Of a stretch of DNA of 64,000 bases, positions 61,277 through 64,000 are shown in pieces. Both the position numbers and the translations under genes were made by a program. Each line of letters begins with the position of its first letter. Within the stretch, counting starts at the first letter, position 1. The DNA is from a virus, in the IMG/VR virus record IMGVR_UViG_3300017917_001940, positions 32,001-96,000 of that record. The stretch is one strand, 5' to 3'. The notes beneath the pieces are model-generated. The model worked only from the letters and a program-made list of their open reading frames with translations. It searched no databases and had not been told where the DNA came from.

Positions 61277-61524
61277 TGACCATTAGTACTATTAAACACG
61301 GTGAACCTCTATTTGTGGTCATCGTTAGGGACCCTAAGGCTACACCCATGCTTAAAAGTTGGATAGCCGAAAACAAAATCTCTCACGCCCAGGTCAACGA
61401 AAACAAAATGCAGTTATACGATTACCACTCTATGTGTGTATTCAACTTAACTTGGGCTAACGGATGGGCAAATGTTGTTATCTGGGACGCTTGGAACAAG
61501 CGTCACATTCACCAAAATACTTGA
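61276..61524 (+). CDS. hypothetical protein
   Basis: TAATG coupling. Confidence 0.7.
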   Translation: MTISTIKHGEPLFVVIVRDPKATPMLKSWIAENKISHAQVNENKMQLYDYHSMCVFNLTWANGWANVVIWDAWNKRHIHQNT

Positions 61525-61593
61525 CATGACAAAAATATTTGCCTACACTGTATAGTAGTCTAAATATAGACACTATTAGAAAAGGAAATAAAC

Positions 61594-61782
61594 ATGTCAA
61601 CAAATCATGACGCAATCAAAACAGCATTCGAAACATACATCGCTGAGAACGACAAGTTCACAGGCAAGGGTGTAAAAGCATCAGCCGCACGTGCTCGCAA
61701 AGCATTACAAGAAATGTCCAAAGCGATCAAAGAGCGTCGTAAAGAAATCACAGCAGAGAAAGAGGCATTGGCAGCGAAGTAA
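61594..61782 (+). CDS. histone H1-like protein (Hc1 family)
   Basis: ENDKFTGKGVKASAARARKALQEMSKAIKERRKEI. Confidence 0.8.
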   Translation: MSTNHDAIKTAFETYIAENDKFTGKGVKASAARARKALQEMSKAIKERRKEITAEKEALAAK

Positions 61783-62222
61783 TGGCCACTCTTGACCCAC
61801 GAGATATTAACCTAAATTTGGGTAGTGACTACGAAACTGGTTCTACCCAAGATACCTTTACTTTTTCAGACGATACAATCACGTTGAGTAATGTAGCATA
61901 TCCATATCTGTCTGGTACAGGGCTTCAATATGATAGTAATGCCCAAATTTGGGCTAGTTCAACTGATTGGGGCAAAGGATCTGGGCAAATACACCTAGAT
62001 GGTGAAGGTGCGGATATCAAAGTTAACGGTAAAAGTCTAATGGAGTCTATCCAAAAGATAGAAGAACGGTTAAACATTCTTACCCCAAATGCCAATTTGG
62101 AACAAGAATGGGCTGAACTTAAGGCTTTAGGTGACAAGTATCGCGAGCTGGAAAAGCATATTTTGGCCAAGCAGGCTACCTGGGATAAACTCAAAGCCAT
62201 GCCTCCGCCCGAAATAGATTGA
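61782..62222 (+). CDS. conserved phage hypothetical protein
   Basis: IEERLNILTPN..LE.EW.ELK.LG..YR. Confidence 0.7.
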   Translation: MATLDPRDINLNLGSDYETGSTQDTFTFSDDTITLSNVAYPYLSGTGLQYDSNAQIWASSTDWGKGSGQIHLDGEGADIKVNGKSLMESIQKIEERLNILTPNANLEQEWAELKALGDKYRELEKHILAKQATWDKLKAMPPPEID

Positions 62223-62320
62223 CCATTATGAGCATATAGTATATAATGTATTATATGCTCAGTTAATGGCAAAAAGTACCAAAAATCAAGTTATTTTTCG
62301 TACTCACGTAGTAGAATCAC

Positions 62321-62549
62321 TAAGTATTATTATGCGATTGTGCAGTAACTGAGCAATCGTGTACAAAGAGGTCTTCGGAAAGCCTCTTCATTGACAAATG
62401 GTATTGACTGGGTTTAACAGTATATCGTTAGACAGAGTCCAGAGAGTATGGCAAGGAAGGCCCGAGGTCTGTCATTCTAAACTCCCCTTATGTCGATGTG
62501 CCCATTCCGGGATCCGGTGAAGAGCCCACTATGGCTCAGGGAGAAGTAA
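62321..62549 (+). promoter_or_regulatory. long structured 5' leader of sleB
   Basis: TAAGTA, four hairpins, CTCCC(62482)/GGGAG(62539) anti-SD pairing. Confidence 0.5.
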
Positions 62550-63170
62550 ATGAAAGTTAGAAGTTTATTAGTAGCTTTCTTGTTGCTAGGTAGTACAGCA
62601 CAAGCCAGCGAACAGACAACAACTGACCGTGTAGTTGAACAAGCTCAATCCGTATTTGAGCGCACAATCAGTATTATTAGTAATCCATTTCCGTTCTTAA
62701 CAGATCGTGAAATACAGTGTTTAGCTCGTAACATTTTCTATGAAAGTGCTAGTGAGCCAGAAGAAGGTAAAGTAGCCGTGGGTTTAGTAACTTTGAACCG
62801 TGCGGCGGACCCCCGATTTCCCAGCGATGTGTGCGGTGTTGTTAAGCAGAAAACACTTTTCACCCGAACCAAAACCGTGGTTAAAGAAACTACGGGATTC
62901 TTTGGACGCAAGGAAAAGATCAAAGAAACAAAAACAGTAGAAACTCCAGTGTGCCAATTCAGCTGGAACTGTATCAGGGTTAAGAAGCCCAAGGAAGACG
63001 ACGATCGTTGGATTGAAAGCCAGCGTATTGCACGTGAGTTGGCTGAAGGTGGATACGAGCATTATCGTGTCAAATATGCCGATGCCAAGCACTTCCATGC
63101 GGTGTATGTAAAACCCGGTTGGAACCTCAAACGTATTGCCAAGGTTGGCAACCACGTATTCTACGAATAA
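62550..63170 (+). CDS. cell wall hydrolase SleB (Hydrolase_2)
   Basis: EIQCLARNIFYES..E...G..AVGLVTLNR, CQFSW, HFHA.YV.P.W, HVFY. Confidence 0.9.
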   Translation: MKVRSLLVAFLLLGSTAQASEQTTTDRVVEQAQSVFERTISIISNPFPFLTDREIQCLARNIFYESASEPEEGKVAVGLVTLNRAADPRFPSDVCGVVKQKTLFTRTKTVVKETTGFFGRKEKIKETKTVETPVCQFSWNCIRVKKPKEDDDRWIESQRIARELAEGGYEHYRVKYADAKHFHAVYVKPGWNLKRIAKVGNHVFYE

Positions 63171-63436
63171 TGTTAGTAGACGCTAGTCGATTAGATAGTT
63201 TAATTAAACAACTATCTGATTGGCTAGGTCCACCCACGGAAATAAATGTAGGACGTCCTGTGGGACTTTTGGGTTTGCCTAATAAAGCAAGATATCGTGG
63301 ACCGGGATGGACCATCCACACGGATCAACGCAGGTCCGGCGGTCAAATTTGGGTACAAGGTTATCTAACATTTGACAATCCAAAAATGGAAACCATGTAT
63401 AGATTAAAATACACACCTGATCAAAACCGTACATAA
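63170..63436 (+). CDS. small protein, F.D....LK[WYF] family
   Basis: LTFDNPKMETMYRLKY; start adjusted. Confidence 0.6.
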   Translation: MLVDASRLDSLIKQLSDWLGPPTEINVGRPVGLLGLPNKARYRGPGWTIHTDQRRSGGQIWVQGYLTFDNPKMETMYRLKYTPDQNRT

Positions 63437-63444
63437 CTATAAAC

Positions 63445-64000
63445 ATGAATGTCGACAACTTTATAGTATTAGACTCCGTATACGGAAAATTTATTGTCCC
63501 CCGCAATAATCGATTTCAAGCCGAAGCGTTAGTCAAGACAGGACGCACACATATTGAAGGGGAGTTAAACAACCTCTTCGTTATTGCCAGTACATTATCT
63601 CATGATGCTATTATCATTGATGGTGGAACTAACATTGGATTTGTAACTGTACCACTAGCACAAAAACTTCGACTTACAAATATTAAAATAATTGGCTTTG
63701 AACCACAACGTCAATTATTCAACGCACTAAGTGGAACACTAGCACTTAATGGTCTGACTAATTGTTATATTCATAACTGTGGTCTTGGAGAAAAGATAGG
63801 TAAAGCAACTTTACCTAATGTTGATTATTCTGTTGCCCAGGATTTTGGGATGGTACAAATTACGGAAAGTGATAGATCAGCTGAACATCTATACACAAGA
63901 TATTTGGACATTGATGTCGTTACAATTGATTCAATGAATTTACCAAGTCTTGATTTACTCAAATTAGATGTGGAGGGATTCGAATGTGCGGCTTTACGTG
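63445..64000 (+). CDS. FkbM-family methyltransferase (partial, runs off window)
   Basis: own translation: IIDGGTNIG, GFEPQ, LLKLDVEGFE. Confidence 0.85.
   Translation, partial: MNVDNFIVLDSVYGKFIVPRNNRFQAEALVKTGRTHIEGELNNLFVIASTLSHDAIIIDGGTNIGFVTVPLAQKLRLTNIKIIGFEPQRQLFNALSGTLALNGLTNCYIHNCGLGEKIGKATLPNVDYSVAQDFGMVQITESDRSAEHLYTRYLDIDVVTIDSMNLPSLDLLKLDVEGFECAALR

Overview
A 64 kb, AT-rich, gene-dense segment of a large tailed (T4-like or jumbo) bacteriophage genome, mostly encoded on the + strand. A Proteobacteria-type groES-groEL points to a proteobacterial, possibly betaproteobacterial, host (inference). No rRNA, convincing tRNA or CRISPR array was seen, and the standard genetic code fits. 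Main contents: (1) islands of small early genes behind a repeated sigma70 promoter (GGTTGACC-N17-TATAAT), five of them preceded by an IHF-consensus site; (2) ATP-dependent DNA ligase; (3) a proteostasis/translation block (clpX, rpsU/bS21, groES, groEL, hsp20, clpS) plus two clpP genes elsewhere; (4) an envelope module of CsgF, CsgG, a curlin-like protein, a FecR protein, two paralogous membrane proteins and a CHASE2 adenylate cyclase, plus a free-standing paralog of the cyclase C-terminus; (5) sugar/glycan-modification genes (UDP-sugar dehydrogenase, oxygenase, amidinotransferase, glycosyltransferase-like paralogs, radical SAMs, FkbM methylase); (6) uvsE, two GIY-YIG homing endonucleases, a fatty acid desaturase, a nuclease-helicase with two complementary methylase genes, and a SleB hydrolase. 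The least explained signals are non-coding: a ~250-nt promoter-to-terminator structured RNA, a covarying leader shared by both homing endonuclease genes, a GCCNAATGG hairpin leader present three times, and a long RBS-sequestering leader before sleB. All family assignments come from motif recognition by eye, not from database searches.
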